Of a stretch of 64,000 nucleotides of DNA, positions 53,501 through 64,000 are shown piece by piece. How positions within the stretch are numbered: the stretch's first letter is position 1; each line of letters starts with the position of its first letter. A program made the position numbers and the translations under genes. The notes beneath the pieces are model-generated. The model did no database searches and was not told the origin of the DNA. It saw only the letters and a program-made list of their open reading frames with translations. The DNA lies in NCBI GenBank assembly GCA_964187785.1, contig OZ076409.1:72852001-72916000 (forward strand), read 5' to 3'. Origin of the DNA: Amphiscolops sp. MND2022. Lineage: Eukaryota.

Positions 53501-55755
53501 AAAATGTTGATAAAGTTGATTTTTTACATTTCAAATGTGTCCTAAAAGCCAGAAAACCTCTTTACCAAAAAAATGGTATTGATTGAATTGTATATAACAG
53601 GTAATAAAAGTTCAAATTGATTATTACGTTTCATTATTCAAGCTAAAACTTCATAACATAGTTTAATTAACGTCAACGCCACATACTTTACATCAACGCC
53701 CACCGTCTGTGGGCATGCCGAGGCATGCCCTTCGACGACGTATACCAAATACATACCTAACGACGCCCGTACATCCCGGGCTAGGTGCGGGGGGGAAACC
53801 CCAACAAAATTTTTGGAGGATTCGGGTAGGGTCCTGAATCCGAGTTCAGTGCTGCCAGCTTTCGTTAAGAAAATTTGGATAGGATTCGGGATCTCGTGAT
53901 CTAACCATAGGATTTTAAAGTTGGAGCGGCCCCCACCAGATTTTCCGAAAATTAGCGCCCCCCACCGGGTTCCATACCCCGGAAAAATTTTTTTTGGCCA
54001 CACGGGCGACCGTTAGGGGGTCATTTTAGGGGTAAAATTCATATTGGGCCACATAACTTTTTTTCTGTTGATTTAAAACTTTGGGACCCTGCTAAAAGTT
54101 TCTTGACCGTGTTGCAGGGGCCCCGGAGGTCCAAACCAAATTTTTCTATCTTGAAGCTATCTCCAAGTACCCCCCCGCCCAAAACGTTATTTTTCCGGAA
54201 ACGCAGGTTTTTGACCCGGAAGGAGTCGTCTGAGCGCGGGGTCGTTAGGTGATGTATTGGGGACGGCCTTGAGACGAAGTGGGGGACATGTAGTTTGCCG
54301 ACCCCTGTTTACCCCCCGGACGGGAAATGACCGTTATTTGAGCGGGAAAAATGCCCCCCTCCACGTTTTACCGCTATTTCCGGTGTGAAGGAGTGGGAGT
54401 AGCGCGTCGGGTGCCATATATCAGAAGTAGGTTTAGACAAGGACCTATCGGAAACATGTGGTTTTGGACCCCCTGGACCAACCCGTTAGCGGGAAATGGG
54501 GCTTCCGCCTCCTTTTTTTACTGCTAAAACCGTAAAATGGGCATTGAGGGGTAAATATCTCGTGAACGCGTGGAGCTACGGTGTCCATCACTACTACAAG
54601 GTTTCACACCCATGATATGGTGCCTTCAGGGGGGCAAACAGATTTCCGTTATCTATCACCGTTACGGACTTGGCCCCCCAGCCTAACCGCTATGTGACCG
54701 GAAATGTCACTTTTTGAGCCCAAAGGGTCGGTCTCAGCCAGGGAACGTTAGGTAACTTATTGTAGTACTCATTGAGACGAGTTGGGGGATATAGTTTCAG
54801 TCACCCCCCGTTACCCCTTGTGACCGGAAATGACCGTTATGTGGGTAAAATTACGATTTTTGTACTTTTTGAAGGGCAATTAGGTGCGGAAGGAGTGGTA
54901 ATAGGTGCTTGGACACTATATGAGGTAAGGGAGGACGTGAGGCGAGCATTCGGAAATAACCGTTATGTTGACCCTAAAGTCCCCCTGGTACCGTAAACGA
55001 CCGGAAATGGTCAAATTTTGTGTCTATTGGGTACAAATGTTGGGTATTTTGTAGATAAAAGTATCTATTAGGTGTTTCGACGGTCTGCAGTAGTGAACAT
55101 AGTCATGAAACCTTGTGGGGGGGTAACGGTATATAGCACCGGAAGTCCAAACCGTTGGTGACAGGATAGGTTTTTTGGTTTTAAAATGTCTTTCGGCGTA
55201 CTTTTGTTGACTATTATGGACTATTTTTAAAAATTAAAGTTTTTCCATATAGTTTCAGAGACTCCGAAACCTCAACCAACATAACCGTTACCTTATGATA
55301 GCCTTTCAAGTTGGCCTGGTGTCAACTTGGAAGGGCTATCCTTCAAAAATCGTCAATCAAGTGTGTTTTTGGGTATGTTTGTATCATTTTAGAATCAATT
55401 AGAGCTTCAAGAAAAGTTTCCCAACGACAAAAACTATGTCGTGAAGATTCCGTTACTAGAATTATAGTTAGCAAATTGTTGAGAAAAATGTTTTTTTTTC
55501 CAAATTAAATGTGTCCTAAATGCCAGGAAACCTATTTAACTAACAAATGGTATTGATTGGAATGTATGTAACAGATTTATAAAAGTTCAAATTGATTATT
55601 AAGTTTCATTATGGAAGCTGAAACGTAATATTTTAGTTTAATTAACGTCAACGCCACACACTTTACATCAACGCCCACCGTCTGTGGGCATGCCGAGGCA
55701 TGCCCTTCGACGACGTATACCAAATACATACCTAACGACGCCCGTACATCCCGGG

Positions 55756-57145
55756 CTAGGTGGTCGGGTATTTTTTTTTACTCGTAGATGGCGTTTGCGA
55801 GGCTTTGGGGAGGGCCCCGTGCCGAGCCTGTACCGAAATTTACCACATACCAGAAGTGTCCGATTTAATCGAGATCTCAAAAAGTAACCGTTAGAATTCC
55901 CTAAAATTTTGCATGTGGCCCCTAATCAATGAGTAATGAAAAAGTGTAGGAGTGACGGTTGCTGAAAAACTTGTCTTTGTTGCACTTTTTGCGCAATTTG
56001 TGTCGCATTGTTGCGTTTTTTATGTCATTTTCGACTTTTCAAGCAAAAAACTCATAGATGCTTTGTTCCTAGCGTATCAAGTGTGGAGCAAGAAAAGTTG
56101 CAGCATCTTCCATTACGTATGCTGAGAAAATTTGGTTGCCCTCGGATTACCCCCCACAGAAATAGAGGGGTGCATCCGGGTATTTTTGACCCCTAAATTT
56201 GGGAAATTGCTAATTTTCGTAATAAAGCCGTAGATTTAGCGCGTGCACACCCTGCTGAAGATTTGTTAGGCATTTTGAGATAGATCCGATGACATGCGTT
56301 GAGTTCACCCCCATCACCCCCTTGACCGGAAATGAACGTTTTTGTGCACTTTCAGACCGGAAGTCTCCATTTTCACCGGTAAGGAGGCATTGTACGAGCA
56401 ACTAGCAGGATATCAAAAGTGAAGTATAACCTGGGGTCAACTTAATGACCACGTGTTGTCCAGTCATGGGTTTCGCTATGACCGGAAATGGGCTTGAAAC
56501 CCCCTTTTGGTAGTATTTTTATCAATTTTCCTTGTGCTTGGTCCACATTCAAGTTGCGTAAGTCAGTTGAACCAGTGAGAGCATGAAATATATATTCACT
56601 GCGTAGTCGTAACTGACACTGCCAGATACTAGAAGTAACCCCCTGTGACCGGAAGAGGTCAATTTTGACCGGAAATGGTCCAAAAAGTAGCGTAAATTCA
56701 GTTTTCAATGCTTTTTAAGGTCAAGTTATTAGTATTTTTCAATTTGAATGCTTTTTTCCACGCAAAAAGCTAACAACGTTGCATGTTTTGCTGAAGATCG
56801 GAAAAGTGATCACCATTATCACCCCCGAAAGCCTTTCAAGTTGACCTTTGGTCAATCTTGAAGGCTATCTGTTCTGAAAACGAAAAATAGTGGAATTTTG
56901 TTTCCTCCTTTCTCTTGATATTTTTCCTTCAAGTCAATTTGTCAAAAGAAAGACATTTGTTCAACTGAGTGATCTGAAACCTGTCCAGAGGTGTCACCCG
57001 AACGAATACCATTTCAAGCTGAAGTACACAAATCAGGGTAGTATTAGACATCACACACTCCTACCAACTCCCACCGTCTGTGGGCATGCCGAGGCATGCC
57101 CTTCGACGACGTATGCCAAATAGCGCTACAGGGCGCCCACAGTTG
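55756..57145 (+). mobile_element. Class-B cassette (1390 bp)
   Basis: Head CTAGGTGGTCGGGTATTTTTTTT and body homologous to 30727-32147; hairpin at 56827-56869. Confidence 0.6.
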
Positions 57146-60100
57146 CTAGGTGCCGGGATTTCTATTCGTTCGAGTATGTGGCGCGTGTGGGTAGGGCCCC
57201 TGGCGCGCTCTTGTGTTTCGGGTTTTCCTACTCCTAAACCGCGTTCAGATTTTCGGGATCTCGTAAACTAGCCATACGATTTGGCTGAAATTTGGCACAC
57301 GTACCCCCCTCGGCACGGTGAAGATGATTTCCTACTGACGTTTTTCCCGCTAAACATTTTTTGTTGACCAAAATAACGGTTTTTGGTGGAAAATTTTCAA
57401 CTTTTTTTAAATTTCATCTTATATCTCGCCCCAGGTTTACGCTAGCGCTTCAAACCCTTGCTGACGAAAGCTTGCAAACTGTCTCAGAAATGCTGTGTGA
57501 AATTTTCAGCTCAATCTGACTTAAACTCAGGGAGATATAGCGTTTTTCCGGAGCGGGGGGGTTTCATTTTTCTAACGGTCCAGCGTATCTTTGCCATTTT
57601 TTCGAAAATGTACTCGCCTAAAGGCCTCCCCTGGCCGGTTTTATTCCCAGCAAAACCATTTGGCCCTAAATACGGAGTTTCAGCGTTCCAGCATTCCCGG
57701 GCGAAAAGTTGTGGGACTTAGAATTTTTCAAAAATTTTCTAAAATTTTTTTTTCCGTTATTTGGGCCCCCAAAGTGGGGGAAAGCACCCCCCAACCAGTA
57801 AAGCAAGTGAATGCATGTGGAAAGCCCTTGTTTAGACAAGAAAAATGGCGTTTAGAATGTCTTTTTATCTTAACTTGACATTGACTTTTGTCGTTTTGAA
57901 GGTGACCGTTAGATACAGAAAATTGATATTTTGAGTATTTATCCCATCTGAAAGCCATTGAGATACAACATGTTTTGCTCAAAACGTGTTTCATTGCAGT
58001 TCCGCTGTCCATTGACACCCTTTGATGTCTTTTGACGTAATTTTCTTTTCTATAATAACAATTTTTTCGTGTATTTATTCATTTTTTCCTCATCAAATAA
58101 CTTGAAACAGTTGAGTACATTCCATCTCCCTTCCCGGGGGAGATGAGAATGTACTCGCTAAAGGTCAGGAACTACGGTCTATATCTTCCACAACACAAAA
58201 GCAATTGAAAATTGTTTCAGTTTGTCGCAGAAAACTTTTCTTTTTGCACTCAGTGACTCGGCAAAGTGAACGATTTTGACCCATATTGAATCTTACTTTA
58301 CCACAACTCATCTCTAACGTCAACGCCCCCCACACACATCAACGCCCCCCGTCCGTGGGCATGCCGAGGCATGCCCTTCGACGATGTATAGCAAAATATA
58401 TTCGAACGCGGTAGCCGCTAGGTGCCGGTGTTTTTTTACACAATGGGGGAAGTTGCGCGGTTGGGGAGGGTCCCTGACGCGCTCCCGGGATTTCGGATTT
58501 TTTAACCTTTACGTACCCATCAAAAATTTTGGGATCTCGAAAACTAGCCGTACGATTTGGCTGAAATTTGGCACACGTACCCCCCTCGGCACGGTGAAGA
58601 TGATTCCCTACTGACGTTTTTCTCGCTAAACATTTTTTGTTGACCAAAATAACGGTTTTTGGGGTAAAATTTTCAACTTTTTTTAAATTTCATCTTATAT
58701 CTCGCCACGGGTACACGCTAGCGCTTCCAAACCTTGCTGACGAAAGTTTGCAAACTGTCTCAGGAATGCTGTGTGAAATTTTCAGCTCAATCGAACTTGA
58801 ACTCGAGGAGATTTAGCGTTTTTCCGGAGCGGGGGGGTTTCATTTTTCTAACGGTCCAGCTTATCTTTGCCATTTTTTCGAAAATGCACTCGCCTAAAGG
58901 CCTCCCCTGGCCGGTTTTATTCCCAGCAAAACCATTTGGCCCTAAATACGGAGTTTCAGCGTTCCAGCATTCCCGGGCGAAAAGTTGTGGGACTTAGAAA
59001 AGTTCAAAAATTTTCAAAAAAATTTTTTTCCGTTATTTGGGCCCCCAAAGTGGGGAAAAGACCCCCCAACCAGTAAAGCAAGTGAATGCATGTGCAAAGC
59101 CCTTGTTTGGACGAGAAAAATGCCGTTTAGAACGTCTTTTTATCTTGGCTCAACGTTGACTTATGACGTTTTGAAGGTGATGTTTGGAGGTGTAAAGCAA
59201 GTGAATAGTAAACGTTATGAGTATTTATCTGATCTGAAAGCCATTGAGATGCAATATTGTTTGCTCAAAACGTAATTCATTGCAGTTTGGCAATCAATCA
59301 ACACCCTTTGTTGTCGTTTGACATACTTTTTTGTTGTTATAACAAAAAATTTTGTGTATTTATTCATTTTTTTCTCATCAAATAACTTGGAACAGTTGAG
59401 TACATTCCATCCCCCCTTCCGGGGGAGATGAGAATGTACTCGCAAAAAGCACCGAACTACGGCCCTTACCTTCCCGAGCTACGCAGTATAAGGATTACAT
59501 ATTGGTTCCGACATTTTCATAGAGTTATATCTTGGTAATCTGTCTGGATATGCAGAAAAACCAGCACGTGCTTTTTTATACCAAGTTGCTTACAACGACA
59601 ATTATTTTATATCAACGCCCCCATATTTATCAACGCCCCCCGTCCGTGGGCATGCCGAGGCATGCCCTTCGACGACGTATACCAAGATATGTTCGAGCGC
59701 GTTAGCCTAGGTGCCGGTGTTTTTTTACACAAAGGGGGATGTTGCGCGTGTGGGGAGGGTCCCTGACGCGCTCCCGGGATTTCGGATTTTTTAACCTTTA
59801 CGTACCCATCAAAAATTTTGGGATCTCGAAAACTAGCCGTACGATTTGGCTGAAATTTGGCACACGTACCCCCCTCGGCACGGTGAAGATGATTCCCTAC
59901 TGACGTTTTTCCCGCTAAACATTTTTTGTTGACCAAAATAACGGTTTTTGGGGTAAAATTTTCAACTTTTTTTAAAGTTCATCTTATATCTCGCCACGGG
60001 TACACGCTAGCGCTTTCAAACCTTGCTGACGAAACCTTGCAAACTGTCTCAGGAATGCTGTGTGAAATTTTCAGCTCAATCGGACTCAAACTCGAGGAGA

Positions 60101-63100
60101 TATAGCGTTTTTCCGGAGCGGGGGGGTTTCATTTTTCTAACGGTCCAGCTTATCTTTGCCATTTTTTCGAAAATGCACTCGCCTAAAGGCCTCCCCTGGC
60201 CGGTTTTATTCCCAGCAAAACCATTTGGCCCTAAATACGGAGTTTCAGCGTTCCAGCATTCCCGGGCGAAAAGTTGTGGGACTTAGAAATGTTCAAAAAT
60301 TTAAAAAAAAATTTTTTCCGTTATTTGGGCCCTCAAAGTGGGGGAAAAGACCCCCCAACCAGTAAAGCAAGTGAATGCATGTGGAAAGCCCTTGTTTAGA
60401 CGAGAAAAATGCCGTTTAGAACGTCTTTTTATCTTAACTTGACATTGACTTTTGTCGTTTTGAAGGTGACCGTTAGATACGGAAAATTGATGTTTTGAGT
60501 ATTTATCCCATCTGAAAGCCATTGAGATACAACATGTTTTGCTCAAAACGTGTTTCATTGCTGTTTCGCTGTCCATTATCACCCTTTGGTGTCTTTTCAC
60601 GTAATTTTCGTTTCTATAATAACAATTTTTTTGTGCATTTATTCATTTTTTTCTCATCAAATAACTTGAAACAGTTGAGTACATTCCATCTCCCTTCCCG
60701 GGGGAGATGAGAATGTACTCGCTAAAGGTCAGGAACTACGGTCTATATCTTCCACAACACAAAAGGGATTGCAAATGGTTTCAGTTTGTCGCAGAAAACT
60801 TCTTTTTGCCCTCTGTGACTCGACAAAGTGAACGTTTCTTACTTACTTTGAAACTCAGCATACCACAACTCATCTCTAACGTCAGCGCCCTCCTACTTGC
60901 ATCAACGCCCACCGTCCGTGGGCATGCCGAGGCATGCCCTTCGACGACGTATACCGAAATATGCGTTAGCGCGGTAGCGGCTAGGTGCCGGGATTTCTAT
61001 TCGATAAAGTATGTGGCGCGTGTGGGTAGGGTCCCTGGCGCGCTCTTGGGTATGGTGTTCACCAGCTAGGAAATAGGGGTCGATTTTTCGGGATCTCCTA
61101 AACTAGCCACACGATTTGGCTGAAATTTGGCACACGTACCCCCCTCGGCACGGTGAAGATGATTTCCTACTGACGTTTTGCTCGCAAAATTTTTTTTGTT
61201 GTCCAAAATAACGGTTTTTGGGGTAAAATTTTGAATTTTTTTTAAATTTCATCTTATATCTCGCCACGGGTTTACGCTAGCGCTTCAAAACCCTGCTAAA
61301 GAAAGCTTGCAAACTGTCTCAGGAATGCGGTGTGAAATTTTCAGCTCAATCGGACTCAAACTCGGGGAGATATAGCGTTTTTCCGGAGCGGGGGGGTTTC
61401 ATTTTTCTAACGGTCCAGCTTATCTTTGCCATTTTTTCGAAAATGCACTCGCCTAAAGGCCTCCCCTGGCCGGTTTTATTCCCAGCAAAACCATTTGGCC
61501 CTAAATACGGAGTTTCAGCGTTCCAGCATTCCCGGGCGAAAAGTTGTGGGACTTAGAAAAGTTCAAAAATTTTCAAAAAAATTTTTTTCCGTTTTCCGCC
61601 CTCCCCCCCTAGGGGAAAAGACCCCCCAACCAGTAATTTGAGTGAATTCATGTGGAAAGGCCATGTTTAGAGGAGAAAAATGCCGTTTAGAACGTCTTTT
61701 TATCTTGGCTCAACGTTGACTTATGACGTTTTGAAGGTGGTGTTTGGAGGTGTAAAGCACGCGAATAGTAAACGTTATGAGTATTTATCTGATCTGAAAG
61801 CCATTGAGATGAATATGGTTTGCTCAAAACGTAATTCATGGCAGTTTGGCAATCAATCAACAGCCTTTGTTGTCGTTTGACATACTTTTTTGTTGTTATA
61901 ATAAAAAATTTTGTGTATTTATTCATTTTTTTCTCATCAAATAACTTGAAACAGTTGAGTACATTCCATCCCCCCCTTCCGGGGGAGATGAGAATGTACT
62001 CGCAAAAAGCACCGAACTACGGCCCTTACCTTCCCGAGCTACGCAGTATAAGGATTACATATTGGTTCCGACATTTTCATAGAGTTAAATCTTGGTAATC
62101 TGTCTGGATATGCAGAAAAACCAGCACGTGCTTTTTTATACCAAGTTGCTTACAACGACAATTATTTTATATCAACGCCCCCATATTTATCAACGCCCCC
62201 CGTCCGTGGGCATGCCGAGGCATGCCCTTCGACGACGTATACCAAGATATGTTCGAGCGCGTTAGCCTAGGTGCCGGGATTTCTATTCGTTCAAGTAAGT
62301 TGCGCGTGTGGGTAGGGCCCCTGGCGCGCTCTTGTGTTTGGGGGTTTCCTACTTCTAAATCACGTTCAGATTTCCGGGATCTCGTAAACTATCCATACGA
62401 TTTGGCTGAAATTTGGCACACAGCCCCGTTGGAACATTCTAAGAACAAATCCCTACTGACGTTTTGCCCGCTAAACATTTTTTGTTGGTCAAAAATGCGA
62501 TTTTCCGACAAAATTTTTGACTTTTTTTCATTTTACAGTCTATTTCTCGCCACAGGGTCTTGCTAGCTACCCTAAACCCTGCTAATTATAATTTGCAAAC
62601 TGTCTCAGGAATGCGGTGTGAAAATTTCAGGTCAATCGGACTTAAACTCAGCGAGTTAGAGCAATTTTTTAGGTGCTTTTTTTGACATTTTTTGCATTTG
62701 CCGATTTATCTCTGCCGTTTTTTGCCCAGATTTTTTTGAGACACTCTCCTAAAGGCCTCCCCTGGCCGGTTTACCTCCCAGAGAAACCATTTGGCCCTAA
62801 ATACGGAGTTTCAGCGTTCTAGCATTCGCGGGCGAAAAGTTGTGGGACTTAGAATAAATTTTTGGAAACGCAAAATGTGTAAAGTCAACTTCAGGCCTCC
62901 CAAAGTCAAAGAACTTCCACACAACTAGGATTGCAAGTGGATGCATGTGGAAAGTACTGGGATAGACGAGAAAAATGAGCTATAGAACAACTCTGTAGCT
63001 CAACCTGACGTTGACTAATGATGTTTTGAATGTGTGCTTGCTAAGGGGTCCCAAATTGAAAATTTTTAAAGAAAGTTAATATCGTCAAAAATTCATCGGA

Positions 63101-64000
63101 AAGCCTGCAATATACAGTAGAGCGTGTTCAATTGTAGCTGAATAATGCATCAACACCGTTCAAGGTCTTTTAAGTCAGTTTCAAAATTTTTGACACTGTA
63201 ATCTTCATCCGAGAGCACAAAACAGTTGAGTACATTCCATCTCCCTTTCGGGGGAGATGAGAATGTACTCGCTAAAGAACATGTACTACAGCCAATTTTT
63301 GTTTTTATGCGAGGTCATTCTATGCTATTGCACACGAACACTTTAGTTTTGACAAACATATGTCTTTACATGCTGAATCTTACCTTACCTTTACTTTACG
63401 TTTTTGTACATACTACTACAACAACTCACCCCTAACGTCAACGTCCCATACTTTAAATCAACGCCCACCGTCCGTGGGCATGCCGAGGCATGCCCTTCGA
63501 CGACGTATGCCCTCTCAAACGCGGTAGCCGCTAGGTGCCGATCCCCTTTGGGATGCCTTAGTTTCGAGGGCGGTGTAGGGCCCCCTGCCCGAGTCTAGTA
63601 TAAACAACGTAAGGCGATTTTAACAGTGAGGTATCGATTTTCTAAACGAGCCATACGATTTGGCTGAAATTTTGCATACGGCTTCCTATAACAATCCTAA
63701 GAACTAATCCCTACTGGCGTTTTGCCCGGAAAAATCAAAAAGTGGGTCAAAATCTTAGTTTTTTGGTCAAAAAATGGCGTTTTTTTGGAAAAAAATTTTT
63801 TAAGAGCCAATATCTCGCTCCACAGGCCCCGGATCAAAAAGTGTACAATTGTTCGCGTGCTAGGCACTTCATGAACTGTCCGTAGACAAATTTTCGTCCA
63901 GATCGGATAAAAATTGACTGAGTAATAGAAAACTTTGAAAGTGATTTTGACGACATTTTTCGAAAACCTAGTCTATCTCTGCCGTTTTTTGCCCAGATTT
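57146..64000 (+). mobile_element. Five class-A cassettes plus a partial sixth
   Basis: Junctions at 57146, 58418, 59707, 60981, 62267 and 63531; the partial last unit resembles the body of unit 1 (ACAATCCTAAGAACTAATCCCTACTGGC). Confidence 0.6.

Larger units (their letters stand above)
39948..55755 (+). mobile_element. Block of 8 class-C cassettes (1971-1991 bp)
   Basis: Heads begin CTAGGTGCGGGGGGG; units are highly similar to each other; they share the terminal core with class A but have a different body and a GATAGCC-type hairpin. Confidence 0.62.
1..64000 (+). repeat. Heterogeneous head-to-tail tandem array of 45 complete non-coding cassettes (1.26-1.99 kb) delimited by CTAGGTG
   Basis: The core CAACGCCC(A/C)CCGTC(C/T)GTGGGCATGCCGAGGCATGCCCTTCGACGAC, followed 25-45 nt later by CTAGGTG, recurs 45 times in one orientation; 46 junctions counted from 10 to 63531; the array runs off both window ends. 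Confidence 0.97.

Noticed and set aside
118..63598. All ORFs in the supplied track, including recurring 'peptides' such as MPFFRKCT.. and GHAEACPSTT..
   Set aside because: They are short (at most 218 aa), overlap on both strands, are rich in F/K from homopolymer runs, are broken by frameshifts and stops between near-identical copies, and show no recognisable domain. They recur only because the DNA repeats.
1..64000. Kinetoplast minicircle concatemer or simple homogenised satellite
   Set aside because: I saw no GGGGTTGGTGTA universal minicircle sequence. Unrelated bodies sharing only ends and covarying hairpins do not fit a single-monomer satellite, although an assembly concatemer of some other circle family cannot be excluded without reads.

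Overview
The whole 64 kb window is one head-to-tail array of non-coding cassettes: 45 complete units plus partial units at both ends. I see no credible protein gene, tRNA, rRNA or CRISPR array. All units run in the same orientation and are delimited by the heptamer CTAGGTG. The C of CTAG lies at 10, 1296, 2563, 3843, 5120, 6430, 7723, 8994, 10287, 11567, 12829, 14121, 15413, 16700, 17976, 19264, 20539, 21808, 23075, 24365, 25640, 26912, 28191, 29462, 30727, 32148, 33447, 34835, 36107, 37375, 38661, 39948, 41923, 43898, 45871, 47845, 49819, 51810, 53781, 55756, 57146, 58418, 59707, 60981, 62267 and 63531. Units fall into three size/sequence classes: A (34 units, 1262-1310 bp), B (3 units, 1388-1421 bp) and C (8 consecutive units, 1971-1991 bp). 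Class A bodies are largely unrelated to B/C bodies, yet all share one architecture: CTAGGTG, then a hairpin displaying a GGG(T/G)AGGG(T/C)CC motif on covarying stems, then a bipartite ATCTC-N14-CGATT..TGAAATTT motif, the body, a ~20-bp hairpin, a nearly invariant ~50-bp core with the perfect palindrome GGGCATGCC-GA-GGCATGCCC, a hypervariable ~25-45-nt tail, and CTAG. Identical tails join different heads with only CTAGGTG in common, which points to precise, site-specific cassette stacking rather than ordinary satellite homogenisation. Best interpretation (inference): a eukaryotic, probably invertebrate, array of diverse non-autonomous rolling-circle-like (Helitron/Helentron-like) or recombinase-mobilised elements that target their own junction, behaving like an integron-style cassette array. 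The mobilising enzyme is not in this window. Coordinates were counted by hand and may be off by a few bases.
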